From a virus, in the IMG/VR virus record IMGVR_UViG_3300017565_000009, positions 1-46,486 of that record: DNA of 46,486 bases; one strand, written 5' to 3'. Positions 34,377 to 42,598 of the stretch are shown in pieces. The first letter of the stretch is position 1. Each line of letters begins with the position of its first letter. Made by a program: the position numbers and the translations under genes. The notes below the pieces were generated by a model. It saw only the letters and a program-made list of their open reading frames with translations. It ran no database searches and was not told the origin of the DNA.

Positions 34377-35023
34377 GCGCAATTCAGAACATTGACCTTA
34401 GCGTCAATTTGCTTCGGGCCATCCTTTGGCAATATGACGAAGCCGAGGCGCTGCAATCGCTCATCAGCCAGAAGAACGATTGGTTGGACGAGCACAATTC
34501 GGGGTTTTGGTCCTGGTGGTATCGCGCGGTTTTCAATGTCGACACGGCCGAAGATTTCGGGCTGGCCGTATGGTCCATCATTCTGGACATTCCCCTGGGT
34601 TATGACGTCCCGGCCTCGGGTGACCGCCCAGTATTCGGGTTCGATCCCTATTACCAGAATTTCACCCACGGAAACTTCGGACGCGATCAGGCGGGATTCG
34701 TCGGATTGTCACGGGAGCAAAAGCGCCTCGTCATCAAACTCCGGTATTTCCAGCTCATCAGTCGGGGGACCTTGCCGGACGTCAACTATTTCCTGTCCCA
34801 GATGTTCGGAGACGCCTATGCGCTCGACAATCTGGACATGACTTTCACCGTGATTTTCCGCACCCGTCCGAGCGCCGCCATTTGGTTCGTCCTGGAAAAC
34901 TTCGATTTGCTCCCACGCCCGGCGGGGGTAGAAGTCAAGTTGCTGGTGCGCCCCGGTGACTATTTTGGGTTCGACCCGTACTATCAGAATTTTACAAACG
35001 GCGTGTTCGCCCCGAGGGTTTGA
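34373..35023 (+). CDS. Baseplate/tail protein (DUF2612-like, Mu gp48 / P2 gpI position)
   Basis: N-terminal LLRAILWQYDEAEALQSLI pattern. An internal duplicated FGFDPYYQNFT motif. Confidence 0.65.
   Translation: MSAIQNIDLSVNLLRAILWQYDEAEALQSLISQKNDWLDEHNSGFWSWWYRAVFNVDTAEDFGLAVWSIILDIPLGYDVPASGDRPVFGFDPYYQNFTHGNFGRDQAGFVGLSREQKRLVIKLRYFQLISRGTLPDVNYFLSQMFGDAYALDNLDMTFTVIFRTRPSAAIWFVLENFDLLPRPAGVEVKLLVRPGDYFGFDPYYQNFTNGVFAPRV
34392..34407. promoter_or_regulatory. Palindrome S6, TTGACCTTAGCGTCAA
   Basis: Perfect arms. It lies 16 nt after the baseplate J stop. Confidence 0.5.
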
Positions 35024-35025
35024 CG

Positions 35026-36381
35026 ATGGCAATCAACATCAAGCGTTGGCTTTTTCCTTTTGCGGTTGCTGGAGACAAAACCCCCATTCCGGAGGCGGTA
35101 GACCCTGCGGGCGCCGTCAGCTATCCGCAGGGATGGGGGCCGGATTATGAACGGGACCCGGCAACCGACCCGCTGGCCAAGCGTGTTCCACGCTTGGAAT
35201 CCAACCAGGCGATGTATGACGTGACGGCCACGTTGAAGGACCTGCAGGAGCAGGGCCTTTCATGGTTCATCGCAGCGGCCCAGAATGAAGGGGTTGCGTT
35301 CCCGTACATCAAAGGCGCCCGGGTCCTTTACGACAATGCCGGGGACGTGGGCGTTTATGAGAGTTTGGTAGATTCCAATACCGCCGTCCCCACCGACGCA
35401 TCCAAATGGGTGAGAGACGTGGCGGCGCGGTTTGCCACGCAGGTGGAAACTGGCGATGGGGCGCGGGGGGATGTCATGATCGCCCCCCGGGAGCTGTCCC
35501 GGGCGGTCCAGCGTGGCGCGTGGAATTACGCAGCCGCCGGCGGAACGGCCAACGCCCTGACGGTGACGCTTAATCCGGCTCCCGCCAACAACGCGGCGCT
35601 CATCGGCGCGCCCGTACACATCAAACTCGCCGCCAACGCGACGGCGGACGCAACGCTGGCCGTCAACGGTCTCGCCGCGTTGCCGCTCACATATCCCGTA
35701 GGAGGGAACCTCAAATATCAGCAACTCCGCGCGGGGGCGATCATTACCGTCATTTCTGACGGGACGCGCTACCAGGTCGTGTCTGGCGCGGCGGTATCCC
35801 AGGGGGACATTGCCTTTTTGACGACGACAGGATCGTTCGTCGTCCCGGATGGCGTCTACGAGCTTTTTGTCGAGTGCGTCGGCGCTGGCGGCGGCGGGGG
35901 CGGCACGGGGTCCGCTAATACTGGCGGCGGCGGAGGTGGAGGCGGCGGCTACTGCATGGGTATCATCCAGGTCACTCCGGGGCAGGTCATTCCGTACACG
36001 ATCGGCAACGGGGGAGCGGGCAGCAGCAGCAATGGCGCGACCGGCGGATCCACGAGTTTCGGGTCATTCTTCACCGCCAATGGCGGCGGGGGTGGAGCAT
36101 CATTCGCGTCCAGTCCGTATGGCGGGATTGGGGGGAGTGGCGCGGGCGGGTACGTGATCAGTGGATGCTACGGTACAGACGGCGGCTGGGACACCCGGGT
36201 TGGCGGCAATGGCGGCGCTCCTGGCGGTATCGGCGGAGGCGCTGGCCGTGGCGGCAACGGCCTCGGGATCTCTGCCATCAGCTACGGCGCTGGCGGCGGC
36301 GGTGCGTATACCGGTGTCAACGGCGTGGTCAACGGCGGCAACGGCGGTCCCGGCGCGATTATTATCAGATTGGTGAGGTGA
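35026..36381 (+). CDS. Tail fibre protein with a glycine-rich C-terminal domain
   Basis: The N-terminal FPFAVAGDKTPIP...YPQGWGPDY pattern is typical of fibre attachment domains. Long GGxGxGG tracts. GAGGG RBS (a TTG at 35020 is an alternative start). Confidence 0.8.
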   Translation: MAINIKRWLFPFAVAGDKTPIPEAVDPAGAVSYPQGWGPDYERDPATDPLAKRVPRLESNQAMYDVTATLKDLQEQGLSWFIAAAQNEGVAFPYIKGARVLYDNAGDVGVYESLVDSNTAVPTDASKWVRDVAARFATQVETGDGARGDVMIAPRELSRAVQRGAWNYAAAGGTANALTVTLNPAPANNAALIGAPVHIKLAANATADATLAVNGLAALPLTYPVGGNLKYQQLRAGAIITVISDGTRYQVVSGAAVSQGDIAFLTTTGSFVVPDGVYELFVECVGAGGGGGGTGSANTGGGGGGGGGYCMGIIQVTPGQVIPYTIGNGGAGSSSNGATGGSTSFGSFFTANGGGGGASFASSPYGGIGGSGAGGYVISGCYGTDGGWDTRVGGNGGAPGGIGGGAGRGGNGLGISAISYGAGGGGAYTGVNGVVNGGNGGPGAIIIRLVR

Positions 36382-36893
36382 TGATGATGTACGCTCGAAT
36401 TGATAATGGCGTCGTCGCCGAGATTTTGCGCCCCGTTGAGGGGTTTGAGATCGCTAAATGTTTCCACGCCGATATCGTGGCCGCACTGGTTGCGTGCGGC
36501 CCTGACGTTGAGCAGGGATGGACCTACGACGGTGTCGCATTCGCGGCGCCCGTCACCCCTCCGGTAGATCTTGTAGCCTACGCCGCCAACAAGCGCTGGC
36601 GCGTCGAGACCGGCGGGATCATGGTTGGCGGCATGCCAGTGGCGACTGACCGCGAGAGCCAGAGCCTCATTACCGGCGCCCATGCCTATGTACTGGCCAA
36701 TCCGGACGTGACCATCAAGTACAAGTCTGGGGCGGGATTTGTCGAGCTGGATGCGCCGACCGTGACCTCCGTCGCCACCGCTGTTGCGGCTCACGTGCAG
36801 GCGTGCTTTGCCGCAGAGGCTGACGTGGTTGCAGCCATTCAGCGCGGCGGAGTACTCACTTTGGATGACGTAGACGCTTGGCCGTGGCCGTAG
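36381..36893 (+). CDS. Tail fibre assembly chaperone
   Basis: MMMYARIDNGVVAEIL and ANKRWRVETGGI...D.ESQ patterns (DUF4376-like). TGATG overlap with the fibre gene. Confidence 0.65.
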   Translation: MMMYARIDNGVVAEILRPVEGFEIAKCFHADIVAALVACGPDVEQGWTYDGVAFAAPVTPPVDLVAYAANKRWRVETGGIMVGGMPVATDRESQSLITGAHAYVLANPDVTIKYKSGAGFVELDAPTVTSVATAVAAHVQACFAAEADVVAAIQRGGVLTLDDVDAWPWP

Positions 36894-36930
36894 CGGCCTC
36901 TATACTTCACCCCCAGGAGGGCCGGGGCTG

Positions 36931-37278
36931 ATGAGCTGGCTAGATGATATTGATAAAATCGTGCCGGTCGCCGCAGGTCTCCTGGGGGCCTCTCTCGCCG
37001 CAAGTTACGGGCCGGAGCCTGTCTCCCGGCGCCGCTGGTATGCCATCCTGCTTTCGGGGGTGGCGTTCGCCTTTTTTCTCGCTCCGATGACCGCCGCAGC
37101 CACGCGCCACTATTGGCCCCTCCCGTGGATTCCCCAGGACGGCAGTCTGGAGGGAGTGGCCGGACTTCTATTGGGAATTTTCGGTATCCACATCACGGGA
37201 GCCGTGACGGCCATCGGAACAAAATTTTCCTCGGATCCGTTTGCATGGGTGCCGTGGCTTCGGAGGCTTCGCAAATGA
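36931..37278 (+). CDS. Holin-like membrane protein (3 TM, basic C-terminus)
   Basis: Three hydrophobic helices and a C-terminal WLRRLRK. AGGAGGG RBS. Confidence 0.55.
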   Translation: MSWLDDIDKIVPVAAGLLGASLAASYGPEPVSRRRWYAILLSGVAFAFFLAPMTAAATRHYWPLPWIPQDGSLEGVAGLLLGIFGIHITGAVTAIGTKFSSDPFAWVPWLRRLRK

Positions 37279-37553
37279 CCTTCCGCGATCTGGTCGTCAT
37301 CCTGTCCATTGCCGGGATTCCGCTGATCTGGATCGGGCTGGAACGTCTGCGGACAATTCCACGCGGCGCGTCTTTCCTGCGGCGTTGCGGTTTTGCGGGA
37401 GTGGCGGCTGGCGGCGTGATTATGGCCGCTGCGCAATCCCGCATCGGGGAACACCCTTCCGACACCTGGGCCGCCGCGCGCGTGCTGTTGAGCGGCGGCC
37501 TGATGGTCACGCTGGCCGGGGCCATCGCCTGGTCCCGTCACCCCTTGCGATAG
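37275..37553 (+). CDS. Small membrane protein (3 TM), a possible holin partner or antiholin
   Basis: ATGA coupling to the upstream gene. Hydrophobic helices. The 3' end overlaps the convergent polymerase gene by 16 nt. Confidence 0.5.
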   Translation: MTFRDLVVILSIAGIPLIWIGLERLRTIPRGASFLRRCGFAGVAAGGVIMAAAQSRIGEHPSDTWAAARVLLSGGLMVTLAGAIAWSRHPLR

Positions 37554-39766
37554 CGCCGCCCCACCCAACCGCCGGACGCCCGGATGGGCCAGCCTCGCGC
37601 CCACCACGGCATGGTTGCCATGAGGCGTTCGACTTCCTCAACGGTTCCGGTCCCGGCGGAGACTTCTACAACGATTTCGTCATAGACGTGCAGCACGGTC
37701 GGATAGCCGGCGGCCTTCAGAAGCCGAATGCCGTGACGTAGAATGTCGTGGGCGATAGCCTGGATGATATTCTCGGCCAGCTTCCCCCCGTAGGTCTTCA
37801 TGCAGACCTCACCCATCGAACCGTATTTGACGTTCGTGTTGTAAGTCCAATAGGTGATGATTTGCTGGCCGCCCCGATCGGGGTTTGGCGTCAAGCGCGG
37901 CGTTCTATAGGTGAGATCGCGGTCAGACGGGAGCGTGATCAGCAGCTTGTCGACGTCGGGGTGGTAACAAAAAGTCAGTCCCCGGAAGAACTGCGGCGCT
38001 CCGGGCTGTTTGAGCGCCTGGACGAACATTCCTTCCACGCCGTGAAGGTCTTCAACGAAAGGGTCCCACGGTTTGCCGCGTGACTGGCCGCCCCAAAACT
38101 CCACAATAGCCGGGCTCTCATCCCGCCACCGCAGGATAATTTTGCGAATTTCGGTCTCGTCAAACTGGCCGCTCTTGTCGAAATTAAGCCACGCGTTGAT
38201 CCAGCCGCCGTAACCGAGGGCCAATTCCGCCACCTTGCCGATCTGACGGTCCGGGTGGTGCTTCGTGTGCTCGTCATAGTAGCGCAGATATTCGGAAACT
38301 GGCGTCCCGGTAATCTTGCTGGCGGAAACCAGATACATCGGTTCGTCGGCAAGGAAGGCGTCGATTCGCCATTGTTCGCCGGCCATCATGGCCGTGACCA
38401 CGGCCTCAATGCTGCTGTAGTCACTGGCGATAAGCTGGTTTCCTTCGGACGCCCAGAACAGGCTGCGCAAGCACCCCTGGATGGCCAGCACCGGGTCTCC
38501 GTAAAAGTCTGTCAGCAAGCCGGGGTCGCGGCGCGCCATGACCTTGAGGGCGCTCGTTGCCGCTTCGCCATCCTTGCCGGGCCATTCGCGTTTTTTCCGG
38601 GCTTCCGTCGTCTCTCGTAACGCAAGGCAATGGTGACACCGGTTCGCATTGGCGTCCTGCTCGCCGCACGATTCGCACCAGTATACGTCCGGCCCCGCCT
38701 TGGGCATGTTGAGGGGCTGCGCTCCCGCGCCCGTGGGGCGCCCCGTGCGCGCGCCGTGGTGAAGCATCAGCCCCCGAAGACGCCCGTCAGTGTTGGTCGT
38801 ATGGCGCATGGCATACAGTTTTTTGACGCTGGCGCTGCCAACAGCTTGCCGGATCTCCAGCACGCGGCGCACATCAGGCGGCAGGAGCGGGCGCCGTAAC
38901 GCAGCCTCGACGTCATCTTCGGCCAGGGAAGGGATCGGTTGGCCACGGCCTGCGCACCAGCCGACCAGCGCCGAAACCTGCGTCGGGGAAAGTCCTCCCG
39001 TCAACGCGGCGCATTCCGGGAAAAGCTTGTCCCGGACTTCCTCATAGACCGCAATGCAGTCCTCGACGCCCTTCAGGTCGACGCCGAGGCCGCGCCAGTT
39101 TATCTCCTGGTCAACCAGCCAGAACGCCTCTTCGTCTTCGGACATCGGGGCCATGCGGGGGTGATCGGAGCACTGCTCTTCAGACTCCACGTCCCCCTCG
39201 CAATAGATCCCGAAGCGCTCGAAATCTTGGGGGTCGTCCCACGGGAAAATACGGGGAAAGGGCTGCTTTTTGGTCGGGTTCTGGGGGACCGAAAACTTGT
39301 TGATGAGCCGCGCGCCCTCGTCATCCTTGAGCTGCACTCCCAAAGTTTTGGCGAGCTGTCCCAGCGCGGGAGGAAAGGTGTTAACCCGGGCTTTGGCTTG
39401 CGAGCACCGAACCTGGTGGAAAGGGAGGGGAGGCCACCCCATGCGGAGATGCGCCACGTAATGCCACATGGCGCGCTCGAAGAAAGCGTTGTGAAACTCA
39501 ATAAGCCCACCGCCGGCCAACCAGCGGAGCAAATCCCATGGCGGGGGATCGCCCTGCGTCCAACGCTGGATGGGCCCACCCGGCAGGCGATAGCGCATGA
39601 GCAAAATTTCGGTGCTGGGGTGCTCCGCGTAGGCGTGTGCGCTGACGACCGATATCCCCCGTTTCTTGCTGGCGGCTCCGGCTGGAACCGTCCATTTTTG
39701 CCTGTCCGCATCCCACACATTGCCGGCGGCGGAGTACGTTTCCATGTCGGCTGTCGCTTTGAGCAT
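37538..39766 (-). CDS. Family A DNA polymerase with a 3'-5' exonuclease domain and a Cys4 insertion
   Basis: Exo motifs are DMETYS, FHNAFFERAMW and YCEGDV. Pol motif A is IASDYSSIE, motif B is RQIGKVAELALGYGG, and motif C is VLHVYDEIVVE. Confidence 0.9.
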   Translation of the reverse strand: MLKATADMETYSAAGNVWDADRQKWTVPAGAASKKRGISVVSAHAYAEHPSTEILLMRYRLPGGPIQRWTQGDPPPWDLLRWLAGGGLIEFHNAFFERAMWHYVAHLRMGWPPLPFHQVRCSQAKARVNTFPPALGQLAKTLGVQLKDDEGARLINKFSVPQNPTKKQPFPRIFPWDDPQDFERFGIYCEGDVESEEQCSDHPRMAPMSEDEEAFWLVDQEINWRGLGVDLKGVEDCIAVYEEVRDKLFPECAALTGGLSPTQVSALVGWCAGRGQPIPSLAEDDVEAALRRPLLPPDVRRVLEIRQAVGSASVKKLYAMRHTTNTDGRLRGLMLHHGARTGRPTGAGAQPLNMPKAGPDVYWCESCGEQDANANRCHHCLALRETTEARKKREWPGKDGEAATSALKVMARRDPGLLTDFYGDPVLAIQGCLRSLFWASEGNQLIASDYSSIEAVVTAMMAGEQWRIDAFLADEPMYLVSASKITGTPVSEYLRYYDEHTKHHPDRQIGKVAELALGYGGWINAWLNFDKSGQFDETEIRKIILRWRDESPAIVEFWGGQSRGKPWDPFVEDLHGVEGMFVQALKQPGAPQFFRGLTFCYHPDVDKLLITLPSDRDLTYRTPRLTPNPDRGGQQIITYWTYNTNVKYGSMGEVCMKTYGGKLAENIIQAIAHDILRHGIRLLKAAGYPTVLHVYDEIVVEVSAGTGTVEEVERLMATMPWWARGWPIRASGGWVGRRYRKG

Positions 39767-39780
39767 CCCTGCGTCCCTTC

Positions 39781-39812
39781 AAAACCAAAGGGCCCGAGTC
39801 TCCCCGGGCCCT
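39781..39812 (-). terminator. Hairpin with a U-tract between the SSB and polymerase genes (attenuator or terminator)
   Basis: AGGGCCCG pairs with CGGGCCCT. On the - strand TTGGTTTT follows. Confidence 0.5.
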
Positions 39813-39834
39813 CCGCATTTTTAACCCGTGGCCA

Positions 39835-40728
39835 TCAGGCGATGAAGCCGGCGTCCCGCATCTGCTGGTCCGTCCACCCGGCCGCCTGGTATTGGGCGTA
39901 GGTGACGCCGCCAGCGGCCGGGAGCATCTGCGGGCCTGCCGGAGGCGCGGGCGGCGCTGGGGGAGCGGCAGGAGCCGGCGGTGCGGCCGGAACCGCCCCT
40001 GGCTGCATATATCCCGCGTACGGCTGGACCGGAGCCACAGGGGCGGGAGCGGGAGCGGCCGGGGCCATTGCCGGCGCGGTGAGCGGGGCGGCCGGCGCGA
40101 TCGGGGTCGCGCTGGCGCCTGCGGGGAGCGCGGCTGGCGTACCGAAAGCTTCCGTGGCGTCGGGCCCCGAGGTGATGACCTCGCCATGCCCCGTCATCTG
40201 GACCAGGGAAAAGTTGGCATACATTCCCGGGTTCTGGGGGTTGCCGTTGGTTTTGTACTGGATGGCGGCACGGCCGTAGTAGCCACGGGGGAAGGCGTTC
40301 CGGTCGGACAGGATTCCGTCCGGGGTGTTCTTGCCCATGGCGTAAAGCACCGGCGCAAATCCTGACGCCAGCCGGAGAATTTCGCAGCCAGCATAGCCCG
40401 GCTTGGTTGCGTTGTGCTTGCCTTTTTTGTCGTAGCCGTCGCCGTCCACGATCTTGAAGGAAAAGCTGTTGTTGACGCAATTCCCGTTGGGGTCAAAGAA
40501 CTGCGGCCACGCAGCCCGCGCCGTGGCCATGAGTTGCGCCTTGAAGGCAACCCAAGCCGGGTCGTTCTTCGGGAACGCGAGGCCGAGAACAAATTCAACC
40601 CGGGGCGAACCGTCGCTGTTGACGAGGGGTTTGTCCTCGTAATTGGTCGTCTCGGGATTGAAAAGGTCGCCAAAGACAAAGCGGCCGGAGGGGGTGGTTG
40701 CCTGGAAAACGGCTGGATTGGTCGACAT
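39835..40728 (-). CDS. ssDNA-binding protein (T7 gp2.5-like / DUF2815-like) with a long Pro/Ala linker
   Basis: N-terminal GRFVFGDLFNPE...PRVEFVLGLAFPK pattern. Synteny with the Cas4-like nuclease and PolA. Confidence 0.7.
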   Translation of the reverse strand: MSTNPAVFQATTPSGRFVFGDLFNPETTNYEDKPLVNSDGSPRVEFVLGLAFPKNDPAWVAFKAQLMATARAAWPQFFDPNGNCVNNSFSFKIVDGDGYDKKGKHNATKPGYAGCEILRLASGFAPVLYAMGKNTPDGILSDRNAFPRGYYGRAAIQYKTNGNPQNPGMYANFSLVQMTGHGEVITSGPDATEAFGTPAALPAGASATPIAPAAPLTAPAMAPAAPAPAPVAPVQPYAGYMQPGAVPAAPPAPAAPPAPPAPPAGPQMLPAAGGVTYAQYQAAGWTDQQMRDAGFIA

Positions 40729-41873
40729 CAGTCAAAAGCCCTTCGTGCGTCAGATTCGGAGACGAGTTTAACAACCGCCTCGCCGGGCGGCCTATGAGAG
40801 ATAGCCGAAATGACGGCTTCGTCAACTCCCATTTGCCGGGCCTGCGTGGGGGTAACGGTTCCTGGCTTGGCCAGGTTTTTGCCGGCGCCCAAGCCGATGG
40901 CAATGACCATCTCGTCGGGAACAGACCATTTGGCGTGCGTCGTCCGGTTTTCCCGGATGACCCCGGGGACCCGGTCGCCGCGCGTGACGCGCGCCAGCAG
41001 ATCACCCTCAAGACCAGCAATGGCGTGTTTGAGGGTTTGCGCCGCATCGCGCCATTGTTTGAGCACCAGGTGCGCGACGTCCGATTCCACGGCGCCGGCA
41101 TGAAGCATCCCGGCCACCGCGACCGCCCCGTAAGCGGACTCCCGGAACACTGAGCACGCATGGTTCGCGCAGTCCCGACACCAGGGGCCGGCCTTGGCTT
41201 CCGCGAGATGCGGGGGCTTTTCCGCCTGAAGGCGCGCCAGAGCTTCCGCCGCGCGAGTCTTCAGGATGGCCGCCCGCTCTTTCAGATAACCCGCCGGGAC
41301 TTCCCAGGTCCGCGCGACGCCACGCGGATGAAAAGCACGAGGCTGGACAATGGTCACGGAGGCCGACCAGACGTCCATGTTAAACCCCAGCGTGACCATC
41401 ACGGAAATCAGGTAAATCACGCACTGTTCGTTCAAATATTCTTCCACAATGCGGAATCCATATTTGTAATCGAACAACAATACCTTGTTTTCCTGACGGT
41501 CCACGACGACTATGTCCGGCGTACCCCAAACATCGGGGTTAATCGTCATGCCGGAAAACGCCCGTTGCTCCACGAGAACCGTGTAACGACTGGGATCGTC
41601 CAGGTAGTGCCGCACCAGTTCAACAAGCTTGTCGCCATGATACGCCATTTCCTGCGTGATCGGGGTCCCGGCAGAGTCCGCGTCGTCCACGGCGGGGATG
41701 CAGTCCGTCAGGCATTGCGACACATACCAATGCGCCGCCGTGCCTTCTGGCGCCGAGTCCTCATCCCCCGACGAAAGTCGGAGGACGCCGAAGTCTTTGA
41801 TCATGCGGAGCGCCATGGCGCAATTGGCCCACAACTCCGCAGATGAGGGAGGGAGTAGGGCGTGCTCCGTCAT
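40728..41873 (-). CDS. PD-(D/E)xK Cas4-like exonuclease (DUF2800-like)
   Basis: N-terminal LLPPSSAELWANC pattern. C-terminal Cys cluster CRDCANHAC. Synteny with the SSB gene. Confidence 0.7.
   Translation of the reverse strand: MTEHALLPPSSAELWANCAMALRMIKDFGVLRLSSGDEDSAPEGTAAHWYVSQCLTDCIPAVDDADSAGTPITQEMAYHGDKLVELVRHYLDDPSRYTVLVEQRAFSGMTINPDVWGTPDIVVVDRQENKVLLFDYKYGFRIVEEYLNEQCVIYLISVMVTLGFNMDVWSASVTIVQPRAFHPRGVARTWEVPAGYLKERAAILKTRAAEALARLQAEKPPHLAEAKAGPWCRDCANHACSVFRESAYGAVAVAGMLHAGAVESDVAHLVLKQWRDAAQTLKHAIAGLEGDLLARVTRGDRVPGVIRENRTTHAKWSVPDEMVIAIGLGAGKNLAKPGTVTPTQARQMGVDEAVISAISHRPPGEAVVKLVSESDARRAFD
40810..40825. promoter_or_regulatory. Palindrome S7, ATGACGGCTTCGTCAA (one mismatch; 15 of 16 nt identical to S2)
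   Basis: On the - strand it reads TTGACGAAGCCGTCAT, 82 nt upstream of the SSB start. Confidence 0.45.
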
Positions 41874-42538
41874 GCGTCGAACGCCTGGAGTCGGGCGAAG
41901 AGCCGGGCGCAAAGGTCGGGATTGGTCATCGCAAGCCCGATGTCCCCGCCCTCTTCCTTGGCCAGTTCCATGATGGCGGTCGGGGCGATCTTGCCTGAAT
42001 CCGCAAGCCGCTTGTTGAGCTGCATTAGCGCCGTGAAATCGACGGCCCCGGTTGCGACCGGGGCGGCTGGCGCTGCGGGAGCGGGAGGCGCGGGAGGCGC
42101 GGCAGGAGCCGGCGGCGGCGCAATCGGGGTGGGACCTGCAGGAACGGCCGAGGGGTCAACGCCGCGCTTCCGGCGCCACAGGCCGTCAGACGCGTTAATC
42201 TTGGCCGGCGTCGAATGGTACTCCGGATTCCACGGAATGCCGCTCTTGTCGACCTCAACGCCCGGGGTGGTCGCGGCGGGGGCCGGCGGCGCGGGGGCGA
42301 ACGCCTCTTCGGCGCTGACGGTCGCGGTCGGTTGGGGGGTATCAAAACCCGGACCCTCGTCCACATCATCGCCCCGATCCACCTCAACATTCCCGGGCAC
42401 GATGCGAACGCCCTGAGAGGAAAGTTGGATGTGCGGCAGATTTTCGGCTTTGCTCATGAGAGCCGCCAAAAACGCCGTAAGGGCCCGGGCGCCCCGGTCG
42501 TCAATTGTGTCTGTGTCAAATTCAATCTTGATACCCAT
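41870..42538 (-). CDS. Hypothetical replication-module protein (222 aa) with a Pro/Ala linker
   Basis: AGGAGA RBS. ATGA coupling to the nuclease gene. It is only the 3' third of the 720-aa track ORF. Confidence 0.7.
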   Translation of the reverse strand: MGIKIEFDTDTIDDRGARALTAFLAALMSKAENLPHIQLSSQGVRIVPGNVEVDRGDDVDEGPGFDTPQPTATVSAEEAFAPAPPAPAATTPGVEVDKSGIPWNPEYHSTPAKINASDGLWRRKRGVDPSAVPAGPTPIAPPPAPAAPPAPPAPAAPAAPVATGAVDFTALMQLNKRLADSGKIAPTAIMELAKEEGGDIGLAMTNPDLCARLFARLQAFDA

Positions 42539-42554
42539 CGGGCTTTTCTCCTGG

Positions 42555-42595
42555 TTGACGGGGGTATGTCTGGCACGATATGACGGAGCCGTCAA
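42555..42595 (+). promoter_or_regulatory. Divergent control region: TTGACG -35 (42555-42560), ATATGA -10-like, and palindrome S5 ATGACGGAGCCGTCAA (42580-42595)
   Basis: 60-bp gap between divergent replication operons. S5 overlaps the -10/+1 region. GTTGACGG (42554-42561) and CCGTCAAC (42589-42596) are also inverted. Confidence 0.5.
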
Positions 42596-42598
42596 CTT

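Noticed and set aside
35850-36381. The glycine-rich repetitive C-terminus of the tail fibre as a diversity-generating retroelement target
   Set aside because: There is no reverse transcriptase gene and no template-repeat copy anywhere in the genome. The repetitiveness comes from GGN codon runs in a Gly-rich domain.
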